From an uncultured Chloroflexia bacterium (GTDB lineage: Bacteria; Chloroflexota; Limnocylindria; Limnocylindrales; CSP1-4), in NCBI GenBank assembly GCA_963752475.1, contig CAVVYR010000007.1, positions 1 through 64,000 on the forward strand: a stretch of DNA of 64,000 nt. The letters are read 5' to 3'. A model generated the notes under the pieces. The model saw nothing but the letters and a program-made list of their open reading frames with translations, was not told the DNA's origin and searched no databases. Shown piece by piece: positions 49,752-61,855 of this stretch; position 1 is the stretch's first letter; the number at the start of each line of letters is the position of its first letter. Made by a program: the position numbers and the translations under genes.

Positions 49752-50369
49752 TGGCGCACCTTCTCCACCGCACATGGTGGCTGTTTCCCCCTGCACGGAG
49801 ACCCTGGACCTGCGTTCCCCGCCACTCATCATCACGGGACGCGCGAGGAGTCGTTGAGCACACGGCCCACCCTCGGGTCGGTGACGGTTCCGGACCTCGT
49901 CGGCATGTCATCGCAGGATGCTCGACGCACGGCGCGATTGAGTGAGCTCGGTCTGTTCCTCGAGGAGAAGCCTGCCGACTCCGGCCTTCGCGGTCGTGTG
50001 ATCCGGCAGGACCCCGAACCGGGTACCCTCGCGCGACCCGGAGACGTCATCGACGCCCAGGTCGGAGGGAGGCCGGGAGTGGCCGTTCCCGATGTGCGCG
50101 GAGCTGACGAGCAGGACGCGCTGGTGTCGCTGCGCACGGCCGGTCTGACCCCGACTCGGCGTGTCGTACGACGGTCCAGCTCCGTCGCGCCAGGCCTCGT
50201 GATCCGTACTCGCCCCCGCGCCGGCACCGAGGTCCCGGTCGGGACCCGTGTCAGCTACGTGATCGCATCCGCGGCGCGCGAACGGGCATCCGCGAAGCGA
50301 GCGGCCAGGCGGTCACGGGTGCGATGGATCCCCGATGGGGCCTTCCTCTCCATGCCGGACCGGGAGTGA
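49749..50369 (+). CDS. Two-PASTA-domain protein, no signal peptide (alternative start TTG 49854)
   Basis: VTVPDLVGMS...VIRQDPEPGT; VPDVRGA...GLVIRTRPRAGTEV. Confidence 0.82.
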   Translation: MWRTFSTAHGGCFPLHGDPGPAFPATHHHGTREESLSTRPTLGSVTVPDLVGMSSQDARRTARLSELGLFLEEKPADSGLRGRVIRQDPEPGTLARPGDVIDAQVGGRPGVAVPDVRGADEQDALVSLRTAGLTPTRRVVRRSSSVAPGLVIRTRPRAGTEVPVGTRVSYVIASAARERASAKRAARRSRVRWIPDGAFLSMPDRE

Positions 50370-51188
50370 ACGCGCTGGCCGAGGCGGGTAGCGGCCGTCG
50401 GGTCGCGAGCACCTGGGACGAGGGCAGCGCGTACGAGTCGTTCATGGGGCGATGGAGCCGACTCATCGCAGCCAGCTTCGTGGAGTGGCTCGACATCGCG
50501 CCCGGTGGGATCTGGCTCGACGTGGGTTGTGGGACTGGAGCCCTCACCTCGGCGATCTGTGACATGGCCGACCCCGTCGCGGTCACCGGGATGGATGCAT
50601 CACCCGAGTTCGTCTCGCACGCGGCCGATCTCTCGTGCACCGACACGGCTAGCTACGTCGTGGGAGAGGCGTCGTCGATACCGTTCGTCGACGGCATCTT
50701 CGATGTCGCCGTGTCAGGACTCGTCCTCAACTTCCTGCCGGACCCGGTCGCGGCGCTCAACGAGCAATCGCGCGTCGTCGCCCCGTCCGGAACGATCGCC
50801 GCCTACGTCTGGGACTACGCCGAGGGGATGCGGCTGCTCCGCCACTTCTGGGATGTGGCGAGGCGGGTCGTCCCGTCGGCCGTCGCGCTTGATGAGGCAG
50901 TGCGCTTCACCAACTGCGACTCCCAGAGGTCTCGAGCGCATGTTCGAGGCTGCCGGGTTGGGCCCGGTGGCCACGACGACGCTGGAGACCGAGAGCACCT
51001 TCCGCGACTTCGACGAGCTCTGGGCCTCGTTCCTGTCTGGACAGGGGCCTGCGCCAGGGTTCGTCGCCACCCTTGACGATACCGATCGGGCGTCGCTCAG
51101 GGATGGCCTCGCGACGGTCTTGCCAGTGGGTTCGGACGGTTCGATCCGTCTTGCAGCACGGGCCTGGGCCATCCGCGCCAGCGCCTGA
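50366..51188 (+). CDS. Class I SAM-dependent methyltransferase, +1 frameshift near 50918
   Basis: YESFMGRWS, WLDVGCGTG, YVWDYAEGM; C-terminus GQGPA...ARAWAIR lies in another frame. Confidence 0.82.
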
Positions 51189-51252
51189 ACCATGGTCGTG
51201 AGTGCCGCGAGACGGCGCGTCGTGGATTGCGGATTCTTCATCGATGATCAGA

Positions 51253-51281
51253 TTGACAATCGCCTCCATTAGGCGTACACC
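51253..51281 (+). promoter_or_regulatory. groES promoter TTGACA-N17-TACACC
   Basis: Perfect -35 at 51253-51258 upstream of CIRCE. Confidence 0.75.
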
Positions 51282-51288
51282 TACCGTC

Positions 51289-51315
51289 TTAGCACTCTCA
51301 TTGGTAGAGTGCTAA
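51289..51315. promoter_or_regulatory. CIRCE element (HrcA operator)
   Basis: Exact TTAGCACTC-N9-GAGTGCTAA. Confidence 0.98.
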
Positions 51316-51355
51316 TCGGCCCACCCGAGGGCTGGTATCCAGGAGGACACCTCAG

Positions 51356-53348
<1,993 letters not shown>

Positions 53349-53629
53349 CGGTTTCGAGCGCCCACGTCGCCGATCGACGGCTGTGGCGACCACGTTGATC
53401 CAGATCCCTGAGCCCATCGTCGAACACGTCGGGGTGGACGACCCCGGGACCGCTCACGGCGGAAGTCCTCGGCGGATGCCAGGCCCGCCCGTCCCAGGCG
53501 GTCTGGTGACACGCGTGCGAGCGCCCGTCGTTCCGCCGACGAAGGTTCGACGCATCGGCATGAGGCCATCGGGGCCCAGCATCCGTTGAGATCGCCGGGT
53601 CTTCGGCGGTAGTCGAAGGGACTGGACCG

Positions 53630-53842
53630 ATGGAGTATCGAGCCATCTCAGTGCCGTGGTTGCATGAGACTGAGCAGCGAGAGGCGCCGGGCATCTACCG
53701 GGCAACGAGGCACGAGGCTGCCGTCAACGAACTCGCTCGTGACGGGTGGGAGTTGGCGACGACCACGTATCTGCCCGACGCTGATCGTGCCGGCATGGGC
53801 CGGATCATGATGTTCTTCAAGCGACCGCTTCGAACGAACTAG
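53630..53842 (+). CDS. DUF4177-like small protein
   Basis: MEY...NELARDGWEL...FFKRP. Confidence 0.72.
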   Translation: MEYRAISVPWLHETEQREAPGIYRATRHEAAVNELARDGWELATTTYLPDADRAGMGRIMMFFKRPLRTN

Positions 53843-54089
53843 GCGTTCTAGCTCTGGCGCCACTCGACCACCCGGAGCATCGGTTTGGTGCCTTGCGTCT
53901 GGCTCTCGCCGGGCGCGCCATTCCCCCTTGGCGTCTTGTCCGCGCCTCTGGCCTCCGCGTCGCACAGCGGGCAGACGCGTCTCCGGCGGGTCGGTTTCGA
54001 GGTGACAGGGCAGGTCGCTATCGCTACGATCGAGTCGGCACATCAGCCCGCCGATCCTGCGGGGCAGCGAAGCCTTAGGGGAGAGAACG

Positions 54090-54995
54090 ATGATGCTCCA
54101 TCCACGCCGAGCGGCGCTACTCGGAACGCTCACCATGGCGCTTGTGATGGCTGCGCCCGCCGCGGCCCAGAGCGAGCCCGTGCCCTATCTGGACCCGGAG
54201 GGTACGGAGCTGGGGGCGATCACCATCCGTGAGATCGCCGACCCCTACGCCGAGTTCGAGCCGACGCGACCGCCTGCCGAAGGTCAGCGCTATGCGCTGC
54301 TGACGGTGACATTCGAGGCTGCAGAAGACCAGACGTTCCCGACGGACCCCCGATTGATCCAGTTGCAGGACTCCGCTGGCTACCTGCACTTCCCCGGCAG
54401 CGTCCCGCGTCCGGCGGATGCGACGCTACCGGAGCTCCAGAGCCAGGTCCTCGCGCCCTTCGATCGTGTCAGCGGGGTCGTGGGCTACGTCCTCCCTGCG
54501 GAAGCCGACATCGTGCGCATCCTGTATCGCGGGGACGGCAGCCGACTCATGCCCATCGCTGCTCCAGGTGCCACCGGTGCGGTCGCGATCGCGGAAGCGC
54601 AGACCTTGGCCGACGCAGAGGGCACCCCCCTCGGCAGCATCACCGTCCGCGAGATGGCCGACCCGTACACGGACTTCGAGCCCACCCGTCCACCGGCTGA
54701 AGGCCAGCGCTATGTGCTCCTGACGGCGGTCTTCGAAGCCGCTGAGGACCAGGCCCTGTATGCCGACCCGAGGGCCATCTATGTGGTCGATCGCAACGGC
54801 ACCGTCTACCGGCCGGCACAGGTCCCGCGGCCCGCCGGCGAGCTGCTGCAGAACCTGGAGCTCCAGCCGCTGTCCCCGGCGGACCGCATCTCCGGCGTCG
54901 TCGGCTACCAGGTCCCGGCCGACGCCGTCCTCGACTCGATCGTCTACGAGTCAGAGACCAACCGCTTCGTACCGATCGCCGACATCGGCGGGTGA
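54090..54995 (+). CDS. Secreted protein with two tandem DUF4352-like Ig-fold repeats
   Basis: Signal peptide; internal duplication ITIREIADPY.EFEPTRPPAEGQRY...R(V/I)SGVVGY.(L/V)PA. Confidence 0.8.
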   Translation: MMLHPRRAALLGTLTMALVMAAPAAAQSEPVPYLDPEGTELGAITIREIADPYAEFEPTRPPAEGQRYALLTVTFEAAEDQTFPTDPRLIQLQDSAGYLHFPGSVPRPADATLPELQSQVLAPFDRVSGVVGYVLPAEADIVRILYRGDGSRLMPIAAPGATGAVAIAEAQTLADAEGTPLGSITVREMADPYTDFEPTRPPAEGQRYVLLTAVFEAAEDQALYADPRAIYVVDRNGTVYRPAQVPRPAGELLQNLELQPLSPADRISGVVGYQVPADAVLDSIVYESETNRFVPIADIGG

Positions 54996-55062
54996 GGCGG
55001 CCTCCGCCGGCCGCTGTCGTATCCGACACTTCTTGGGCTGCAGGACGGCTACGATTCATCCC

Positions 55063-56124
55063 ATGAGCCGACACCACTACGGGGCCAGGGTCCGCGACTT
55101 CACCGAAGCTGGTCGCCGCGTCCTCGCGCTGGAGAACGAGCTGATCCGCGTGGAGCTGCTGCCGGACAAGGGCAGCGACATCGTCTCGTTCGTCCACAAG
55201 CCGACCGATACCGATTTCATGTGGCGCACCGCCAAGGGGCTGCGCCCGCCCATCCCCGGCGGGAGGTTGCCCGGCCCCAGTGACGCGGTCAACTTCGACG
55301 AGTACGAAGGCGGCTGGATGGAGTGCTTCCCCAACGGCGGCGGCGGCCTCACCTACCGCGGCGCGCCGCTGCCGTTCCACGGCGAGCTGTGGTCGGCCGG
55401 CTGGGACGTGGCCATCGCAGAGGACACCCCCGAACGCGTTTCGGTGACCCTCACCGTCGAGACCCCGCGCACGCCCTTCCGCGTCCAGAAGCGACTCACG
55501 CTCCAGTCCGGCCGCGCCGCGCTGATCATCGACGAGTCGATCACCAACCTGTCATCGACCCCGATCGACTACATGTGGGGCCATCATCCGGTCTTCGGGC
55601 CTCCGTTCCTCGACGAGACCTGCCGCATCGATATCCCCGCCGCGAGCGGCTCGACCTCGCGCCCGGGCCCGATGCCCACGAGCGCGATCGAGTTCGACAC
55701 CGAGTTCGACTGGCCGCACGCACCACTCATCGACGGCGGCACCACGGACCTCACGGTCATCCCGAGCCCCGACGAGGGACGCCTCGAGTGGGCCTGCCTC
55801 AAGGAGCTCCGCGAAGGCTGGTACGGCATCACCAGCGCGAGCCGCAACGTCGGCTTCGGTCTGCGCTGGGACGTCGAGGTCTTCCCCTTCGTCTGGTACT
55901 GGCAGTGCTGGGGTGGCGAGCCCGACTATCCCTGGTGGGGCCGCCACTACAACTGTGCGCTCGAGCCCTGGACCAGCTGGCCCGACGGACTCGACAACGC
56001 CATGGCCAACGGCACCGCCCGCGTGCTCGACGGGGACGCCACCGTGGAGACCCGCCTCATCGCCGTGGCCTACGCGGACCGCGAGCGCATCGGCGGCATC
56101 GACGAGGCCGGCGAGGTCTACTAG
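55063..56124 (+). CDS. Aldose 1-epimerase/DUF4432 (galactose-mutarotase-like) protein
   Basis: LENELIRV, GGWMECFP, HGE, MWGHHP, LEPWTS; apparently leaderless. Confidence 0.85.
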   Translation: MSRHHYGARVRDFTEAGRRVLALENELIRVELLPDKGSDIVSFVHKPTDTDFMWRTAKGLRPPIPGGRLPGPSDAVNFDEYEGGWMECFPNGGGGLTYRGAPLPFHGELWSAGWDVAIAEDTPERVSVTLTVETPRTPFRVQKRLTLQSGRAALIIDESITNLSSTPIDYMWGHHPVFGPPFLDETCRIDIPAASGSTSRPGPMPTSAIEFDTEFDWPHAPLIDGGTTDLTVIPSPDEGRLEWACLKELREGWYGITSASRNVGFGLRWDVEVFPFVWYWQCWGGEPDYPWWGRHYNCALEPWTSWPDGLDNAMANGTARVLDGDATVETRLIAVAYADRERIGGIDEAGEVY

Positions 56125-56138
56125 AGCAGCGACCGACC

Positions 56139-57380
56139 CTACGGATACGACAGCGAGCCATCCCGCTTGCGCGCCTGCGTCCATTCGATGACCTCGGCCT
56201 GCGCCCCGAATCGCCCGGCAGCGCTCTCGTCCACGTCGATCCCCAAGCCCGGGCGCTCGTTGGGGTAGAGATACCCGTCCCGCAGCTCGGGCAGGCCGTC
56301 GAAGATCTCCGCCTCCTGCTCGCTGAACGAGGGGAACTCCTGGATGCCGAAGGCGTGGCTGGCGAGGTCGAGGTGGAGCTGTGCGGCGTGGCCGACCGGC
56401 GAGACGTCCTTGGGCCCGTGCCACGCCGTCCGCACGCCGTGCGCCTCGCACACCTGGGCCGCGCGCCAGGCCGGGGTCAGGCCACCGACCGCCGAGACGT
56501 GCAGCCGAAGGAAGTCGATGAGCTTGCCGCTGACGAGCGGCAGCCACTCGGCCGGGTGGACGAACAGCTCGCCGACCGCCTGTGGTGTCGTCGTCGCTGC
56601 TCGCAGGCGCTCGTACCAGTCGAGGTGCTCCGGCGGCAGCGCGTCCTCGAGGAAGAGCAGCCCGAATGGCTCCAGCCGCCGGGCGAAGTCGACCGCATCC
56701 GCGGGGGCCAGGCGCGAGTGGACGTCGTGCAGGAGCCCCACGTCCTGGCCCAGCCGATCACGCAGGAGCCCAAGCGCCTCGATCGTCGTGCGTTGGTAGA
56801 CACCTGCGTCGAAGTAATCACCCGGCAGGGCACCATCAGGCGGTGAGCCGGCCAGGGTCGCTCCACCGTACCCGGCGGTCGCGGCAGCCAGGTCGCCCAA
56901 CGGCCGCGGGTCCTTGCTCAGCTGCACGCGGACGTTGCGCACGCCCTGCTCCACGAGCGCGGCCGCCTGGTCGCCCAGCTCCTCGGCATCGCGCCCCGAG
57001 GCATGCTGGTACACCTCCGCTGCCTCTCGGACCTTGCCACCGAGCAGGTCGTAGACCGGCATCCCGGCCCGCTTGCCCTTGATGTCCCAGAGCGCCTGGT
57101 CGACCCCGCTGACCGCGTTGTTCAGCACCGGCCCGTTGCGCCAGTAGCCGTTGACGTGCATCAGCCGCCAGAGCTCGCCGATGCGCGCCGGATCGCGACC
57201 CACCACCAGCGGCTCGAGGTAGGTCTCGACGACCTCGACCGCGGCCGCATACCGCTGCGTGAACGTGGCGCAGCCCCAGCCGTACAGCCCCGGCTCCGAG
57301 GTCTGCACCTTGACCAGCACCAGGTTCTCGGTCGTGGGCCGCACCGCGATGGCGCGGACGGACTCGATCGTGAGCGTCAC
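56139..57380 (-). CDS. Enolase-superfamily sugar-acid dehydratase, RspA/ManD subgroup
   Basis: GYWRNGPVLNNA, LLHDVHSRL, AWHGPKD.SPVG. Confidence 0.88.
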   Translation of the reverse strand: MTLTIESVRAIAVRPTTENLVLVKVQTSEPGLYGWGCATFTQRYAAAVEVVETYLEPLVVGRDPARIGELWRLMHVNGYWRNGPVLNNAVSGVDQALWDIKGKRAGMPVYDLLGGKVREAAEVYQHASGRDAEELGDQAAALVEQGVRNVRVQLSKDPRPLGDLAAATAGYGGATLAGSPPDGALPGDYFDAGVYQRTTIEALGLLRDRLGQDVGLLHDVHSRLAPADAVDFARRLEPFGLLFLEDALPPEHLDWYERLRAATTTPQAVGELFVHPAEWLPLVSGKLIDFLRLHVSAVGGLTPAWRAAQVCEAHGVRTAWHGPKDVSPVGHAAQLHLDLASHAFGIQEFPSFSEQEAEIFDGLPELRDGYLYPNERPGLGIDVDESAAGRFGAQAEVIEWTQARKRDGSLSYP

Positions 57381-58126
57381 CTCGTCGTCCCCTGGGCCAG
57401 GTAGCCGCCGTCGATGATGAAGTCCTGCCCCGTGATCCAGGCCGCGTCATCGGACAGCAGGAAGGCCACCAGGCCCGCGACGTCGCTCGGCTGCCCGATC
57501 CGGCCGAGCGGATACATCTCGATATGGCGCTGGTGTTCGGCCCCAGGATCGTCACTGGCGGCGATGTAGCGCTCGTACATCGGCGTCTCGATGGTGCCCG
57601 GACAGACCGCGTTGCAGCGGATGCCATCGGGCGCGCCGTCCATGGCGATGCCGCGGGTCATGCCCAGCACGGCGGCCTTGCTCGCAGAGTAGGCCAGCTG
57701 CCCGGGGCCGCTGTTGTAGGCCATGATCGAGGCGCAGTTGACGATCGAGCCGCCACCGGCTGCGCGCATGGGGCCGAAGGCGTGCTTGGCCGCGAGCATG
57801 TCGCCCGCGACGTTGACGTCGAGCATCCGATGCCAGTCGTCGAGCGTCTGCTGTTCGACCGAGGCGCCGACCATGATGCCGGCGTTGTTGACCACGCCGT
57901 GCAGCCGACCTTCCGGGTCGCACGCCGCCAGGACGGCCTCGCGCACGACTTCCTCGTCGGCCACGCTGCCGACGACCGAGTCGATCCCGGTCGCCTCGGG
58001 CCCGACCTGTTCGAGGTCGAGGACGGTGACCGCGGCACCCTCGTCTGTCAGTCGTCGTGCGACCCCGGCACCGATGCCGCTGGCACCACCGGTCACCAGG
58101 ATGTGCTTGCCCACGAAACGCTCCAT
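57377..58126 (-). CDS. SDR family oxidoreductase
   Basis: TGGASGIG, NNAG, YSASK, NAVCPG. Confidence 0.93.
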   Translation of the reverse strand: MERFVGKHILVTGGASGIGAGVARRLTDEGAAVTVLDLEQVGPEATGIDSVVGSVADEEVVREAVLAACDPEGRLHGVVNNAGIMVGASVEQQTLDDWHRMLDVNVAGDMLAAKHAFGPMRAAGGGSIVNCASIMAYNSGPGQLAYSASKAAVLGMTRGIAMDGAPDGIRCNAVCPGTIETPMYERYIAASDDPGAEHQRHIEMYPLGRIGQPSDVAGLVAFLLSDDAAWITGQDFIIDGGYLAQGTTR

Positions 58127-58187
58127 CGCGCCACGATAGCGCGTGAGGAAGCCTACGGAGCGATTGTCGGGCCGGGGCTCGCGGGGC

Positions 58188-59339
58188 CTACCAGTTGGTG
58201 ACGGAGCCGTCCTTTCGCTTCCAGTGCGGCGCTTCCCAGAACCGGAAGTCGTCCGTGCCGATGAGGCTCTCGTCGATCTCGATGCCCAGCCCAGGCGCAT
58301 CGTCGACCCGGTAGACCACGCCATCGAGCCTCGGCCGACGCGCGAAAAGCTCGGGGTCGTCTTCGGCGAGGTAGTCATCGGCCTCGCCCACGCGCACCTC
58401 CAGCCAGGCGAAGTTCGGCACCGCGGCCGCGAGGTGGATCGAGGCGGCCGTGCAGATCGGCCCCAGCGGATCGTGGGGCATGAGGTCGACGTAGTGTGCC
58501 TCGCTCCAGGCGGCCACCTTCATCGCCTCGGTCAGCCCGCCCACGTTGCACACGTCGAGGCGGTTGAACTGGTGGATGTCGCGCTCGATGTACGGCAGGA
58601 ACTGCCACTTCGAGGCGAACTCCTCGCCCACCGCGAACGGGATCGTCGTCATCCGTCGTAGCGCCTCGTAGGCCTCCGGCGTCTCGTCGCGGATGGGTTC
58701 TTCCAGGAAGTCGAGCGTGCCCGCGGGCAGCTTGGCGCAGAACGAGGCGGCCTCCGCCACCGACAGGCGGTGATGCCAGTCGATGCCCAGCACGACCTCT
58801 GGGCCCAGCGCCTCACGCGCCCGCACGCACAGGTCCGCCGAGGCCGCGATCGACTCGCGTGGCTCGAAGACCTCGCTGCCGTCGTCGACGGGGAAGAGGC
58901 GGATGCAGCCCCAGCCCTGGTCCTTCAGTCCGTACGCCTGCGCCAGCGCGGTCTCGACGTCACGCGCCGTGGCGCTCGCGAAGGTCGGCACCGTGTCGCG
59001 CTGTCGGCCGCCGAGCAGCTCGTAGACCGGTACGCCCAGCGCTTTGCCCTTGAGGTCGTGAAGTGCGATGTCGACCGCCGAGATCGCCGCCTGCAGCACG
59101 CGCCCGCCCTCGAAGTACTGCGATCGATACATCTCCTGCCACAGTGCGCCGATGGCCATCGGGTCACGGCCCACGAGGAACCGCTCGAAGTGCGCCAGCG
59201 CCCCGAGGACCGCCTGCTCGCGCCCGGAGAGCCCACTCTCACCCCAGCCGAAGACGCCCTCGTCGGTCTCGACCTTGACGATGAGCTGGTTGCGGGCCCC
59301 GATCCAGACGGGAAACGGGCGAACGGCGGTGATCCTCAC
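58188..59339 (-). CDS. Mandelate racemase/galactonate dehydratase-like enolase-superfamily enzyme
   Basis: SAVDIALHDLKGK, FLEEP, AVGEE, MPHDPLGPI. Confidence 0.88.
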   Translation of the reverse strand: MRITAVRPFPVWIGARNQLIVKVETDEGVFGWGESGLSGREQAVLGALAHFERFLVGRDPMAIGALWQEMYRSQYFEGGRVLQAAISAVDIALHDLKGKALGVPVYELLGGRQRDTVPTFASATARDVETALAQAYGLKDQGWGCIRLFPVDDGSEVFEPRESIAASADLCVRAREALGPEVVLGIDWHHRLSVAEAASFCAKLPAGTLDFLEEPIRDETPEAYEALRRMTTIPFAVGEEFASKWQFLPYIERDIHQFNRLDVCNVGGLTEAMKVAAWSEAHYVDLMPHDPLGPICTAASIHLAAAVPNFAWLEVRVGEADDYLAEDDPELFARRPRLDGVVYRVDDAPGLGIEIDESLIGTDDFRFWEAPHWKRKDGSVTNW

Positions 59340-59348
59340 CCGGTGATG

Positions 59349-59867
59349 CTAGCGCGACGAGACCGGTAGCCGATACATCAGCTCCTCGCCCGACTCGTCG
59401 TCGGCCACGAAGCCTTGTCGCTCCAGCAGCCGGATCGAGGCGGTGTTCTCACGGGCCACGCCACCGATGATCGAACAGACCTCCGGCCGCGCGCGGCACC
59501 AGGCCACGATGCCACCGAGCAGCTCGCTGCCGAGGCCCTGGCCCCAGGCCTCTTCGGCCAGCAGGTAGCCCAGCCGCACCTCGACGCCGTCATCGGTCGG
59601 CTCCTCGAACAGCAGCACCAGGCCCACCGGCCGGTCACTCTCCCGTGAGACGACCATCAGCACCGGCCCCTCCGCGTCCCGCTCGGCGATCCACACTGAG
59701 GCTCGCGCGCGCGTGTACGCACCTTGCCAGTGCGGCGGCAGCCAGCGTGTGACCGGCTCGGTCAGCATCTGGGAGATCACGGTCGGCAGGTCCTCCACCG
59801 ACCCAGCCGCGGTCTCGTGCCAGGCACAGGCGCTCAGCCGCTCCGTCTCGAACGTCGCCTCGGACAC
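59349..59867 (-). CDS. GNAT (RimJ/RimL-like) N-acetyltransferase
   Basis: LGYLLAEEAWGQGLGSE, ENTASIRLLERQGF. Confidence 0.88.
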   Translation of the reverse strand: MSEATFETERLSACAWHETAAGSVEDLPTVISQMLTEPVTRWLPPHWQGAYTRARASVWIAERDAEGPVLMVVSRESDRPVGLVLLFEEPTDDGVEVRLGYLLAEEAWGQGLGSELLGGIVAWCRARPEVCSIIGGVARENTASIRLLERQGFVADDESGEELMYRLPVSSR

Positions 59868-60008
59868 TGTCGCACCACCTTTCGCTGCCCGTCTGCAGGG
59901 TAGCTGGCGGCAACGCAGCGGTCGGCGATTGCGTTGCGAGGGATAATCGGAGTGTCACAGACTGAGCCGTCCCCCAGCTCCGTACGTAGCAGCGGGGGAG
60001 AGCATCCC

Positions 60009-61019
60009 ATGTCCAGACATCCCACCGGTCGCGTAGTGGCGCTCTGCGCCTCAGTGGCCCTTCTGGCCAGCTTCACCGTCGCCGTCCCGGTCGCGGCCGA
60101 GGAGACCTACACCTGCCTTGGGCATGAGGCCACGATCGTGGGCACAGCCGGCGCGGATGTCCTCGAAGGCACGCCCGGGGCCGACGTCATCGTCGGACGC
60201 GGCGGGGCCGACATCATCTACGGCCTCGGCGGCAACGACCTCATCTGCGGCGGCCTGGGTGCCGATCGTATCGTGGGCAACGGCGGCAACGACCGCATCC
60301 TCGGCAATGCCGGGCCCGACCGCATGTTCGGCGGCCGCGGCCACGACCGCATGTTCGGCGGCGTGGGCAACGACCTGCTCGCGGGCCGCAAAGGCAGCGA
60401 CCTGCTCGACGGCGGCCCGGGCACCGACCGCTGCTACCAGAACCTGGGCTCCGGCATCGAAGCTCGTTGCGAGTTGCCGGCCAAGGTGGTGAAGGCACCC
60501 GAGCCGAAGAACCTGGCCGTCGCCTACTCGAACCTCGATGGAGTCGACGGTTTCCAGGAAGGCGGCAAGGACGTCCTCATCGCCAAGCTCGTCGACACCA
60601 ACCTGGATGGGGTGCTCAGCAAGGGCGACTCCGTCGTGATGGGCAAGTACCCCACCAAGCTGCAACCAGGGGCACCGTATGCTGCTTGGAGCGAGAAGAA
60701 CCACGTGGTCGAGAAGATCGACTTGGCAGACAAGGACGAAGTGCATCTCATCTCGACGAGCGGCGGCACTCACGTTTGGATCACTGCCGAAGACCAGGAG
60801 GTCTATTCGGAAGGAGGCACCGTGAACGGCGCCAGCCCAGCCGTCAGTCGACCTGAGAGTGGGATCGGGGACTGGATCCTCGACGATTCTGAGATGGACA
60901 AGATCACCGTGCAACTCGGTTCACCCAGCTTGCCGGCCACGGCGGCCTGCGACGCGAACACCGATCCCGGCAGCCAGTCGTTCCTCGACGTGGACATCAA
61001 CGTCAAGGTCACGTACTAG
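60009..61019 (+). CDS. Secreted RTX/hemolysin-type Ca2+-binding repeat protein
   Basis: Signal peptide, C.G..ATIVGT, about 9 GGxGxDxLx nonapeptides, DTNLDGVLSKGD EF-hand-like loop. Confidence 0.85.
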   Translation: MSRHPTGRVVALCASVALLASFTVAVPVAAEETYTCLGHEATIVGTAGADVLEGTPGADVIVGRGGADIIYGLGGNDLICGGLGADRIVGNGGNDRILGNAGPDRMFGGRGHDRMFGGVGNDLLAGRKGSDLLDGGPGTDRCYQNLGSGIEARCELPAKVVKAPEPKNLAVAYSNLDGVDGFQEGGKDVLIAKLVDTNLDGVLSKGDSVVMGKYPTKLQPGAPYAAWSEKNHVVEKIDLADKDEVHLISTSGGTHVWITAEDQEVYSEGGTVNGASPAVSRPESGIGDWILDDSEMDKITVQLGSPSLPATAACDANTDPGSQSFLDVDINVKVTY

Positions 61020-61104
61020 CCCGACCGACCGAGGGGTACGCCCACAGGTCGAGCCTCCGTCGACGCTGCTGCCCACGTGGCGCATGACAAGCATCGACTC
61101 GGAC

Positions 61105-61116
61105 GCATCATGATGC
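61105..61116. promoter_or_regulatory. Palindrome GCATCATGATGC, probable VapBC autorepression operator
   Basis: Perfect 12-bp palindrome abutting CAAACT, just upstream of vapB. Confidence 0.6.
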
Positions 61117-61128
61117 CAAACTCAGTGC

Positions 61129-61359
61129 ATGCGTACGACGGTCAACCTTGACGACGACGTGGCTGCTGGGGTCGAGCGGCTCCGACAGCAGCAAGGCATG
61201 GGTCTCAGCGAGGCGGTGAACCAGCTGGCCCGGGCTGGTATGCGTCAGAAGCCAAGGCGCACGTCATTCCGGCAGCGAACAGCAGACATCGGCCTGACGG
61301 TCGACGTCTCGAACGTCGCGGAGGCGCTCGAGCAACTCGACGGCCCCTCTTCTCGCTGA
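61129..61359 (+). CDS. vapB: VapB-type ribbon-helix-helix antitoxin
   Basis: MRTTVNLDDDV...GLSEAVN.L.R.G. Confidence 0.9.
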   Translation: MRTTVNLDDDVAAGVERLRQQQGMGLSEAVNQLARAGMRQKPRRTSFRQRTADIGLTVDVSNVAEALEQLDGPSSR

Positions 61360-61371
61360 GGCCGGACTGCC

Positions 61372-61804
61372 ATGCTCATCGATGCGAACCTGCTCATCTA
61401 CGCGGTGGACGCCACCGCACCCGAGCATCGCCGGGCCTCCGACTGGCTGACCGACCGACCGACTGAACGGTGATCGACGGGTCGGCCTGCCCTGGGAGTC
61501 GCTGCTGGTCTTCCTTCGCATCACCACGCACCCACGGGCCACGCTCCATCCACTGCAGCCGGCCGATGCCTGGCGCTTCATCAGGGACTGGCTCGCGCTC
61601 GAGGTGGTCTGGGTGCCGGTGGCCACGGAGCGACACGCCGACGTGCTCACCGGCCTGATCGACCGCTATCGGATCGCCGGGAACCTCGTCCCAGACGCCC
61701 ACCTCGCCGCTCTTGCCATCGAGCACGGCCTCGAGATCTGTTCGGCCGATACCGATTTCGCCCGCTTCACCGAGGTGCGCTGGCACAACCCCTTGGCCGG
61801 CTGA
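61372..61804 (+). pseudogene. vapC: VapC PIN toxin disrupted by a 4-bp tandem duplication
   Basis: MLIDANLLIYA...GNLVPDAHLAALAIEHG..SADTDFARF; removing one CCGA at 61449-61463 restores a 142-aa ORF. Confidence 0.88.
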
Positions 61805-61855
61805 CGGACGGCCAAGCAGCCGAGCGCCCATACAGCGAGCACCTGGTTGCCTGTC

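Noticed and set aside
53350-53620. Possible gene remnant or sRNA after groEL
   Set aside because: No recognisable motif or convincing structure found.
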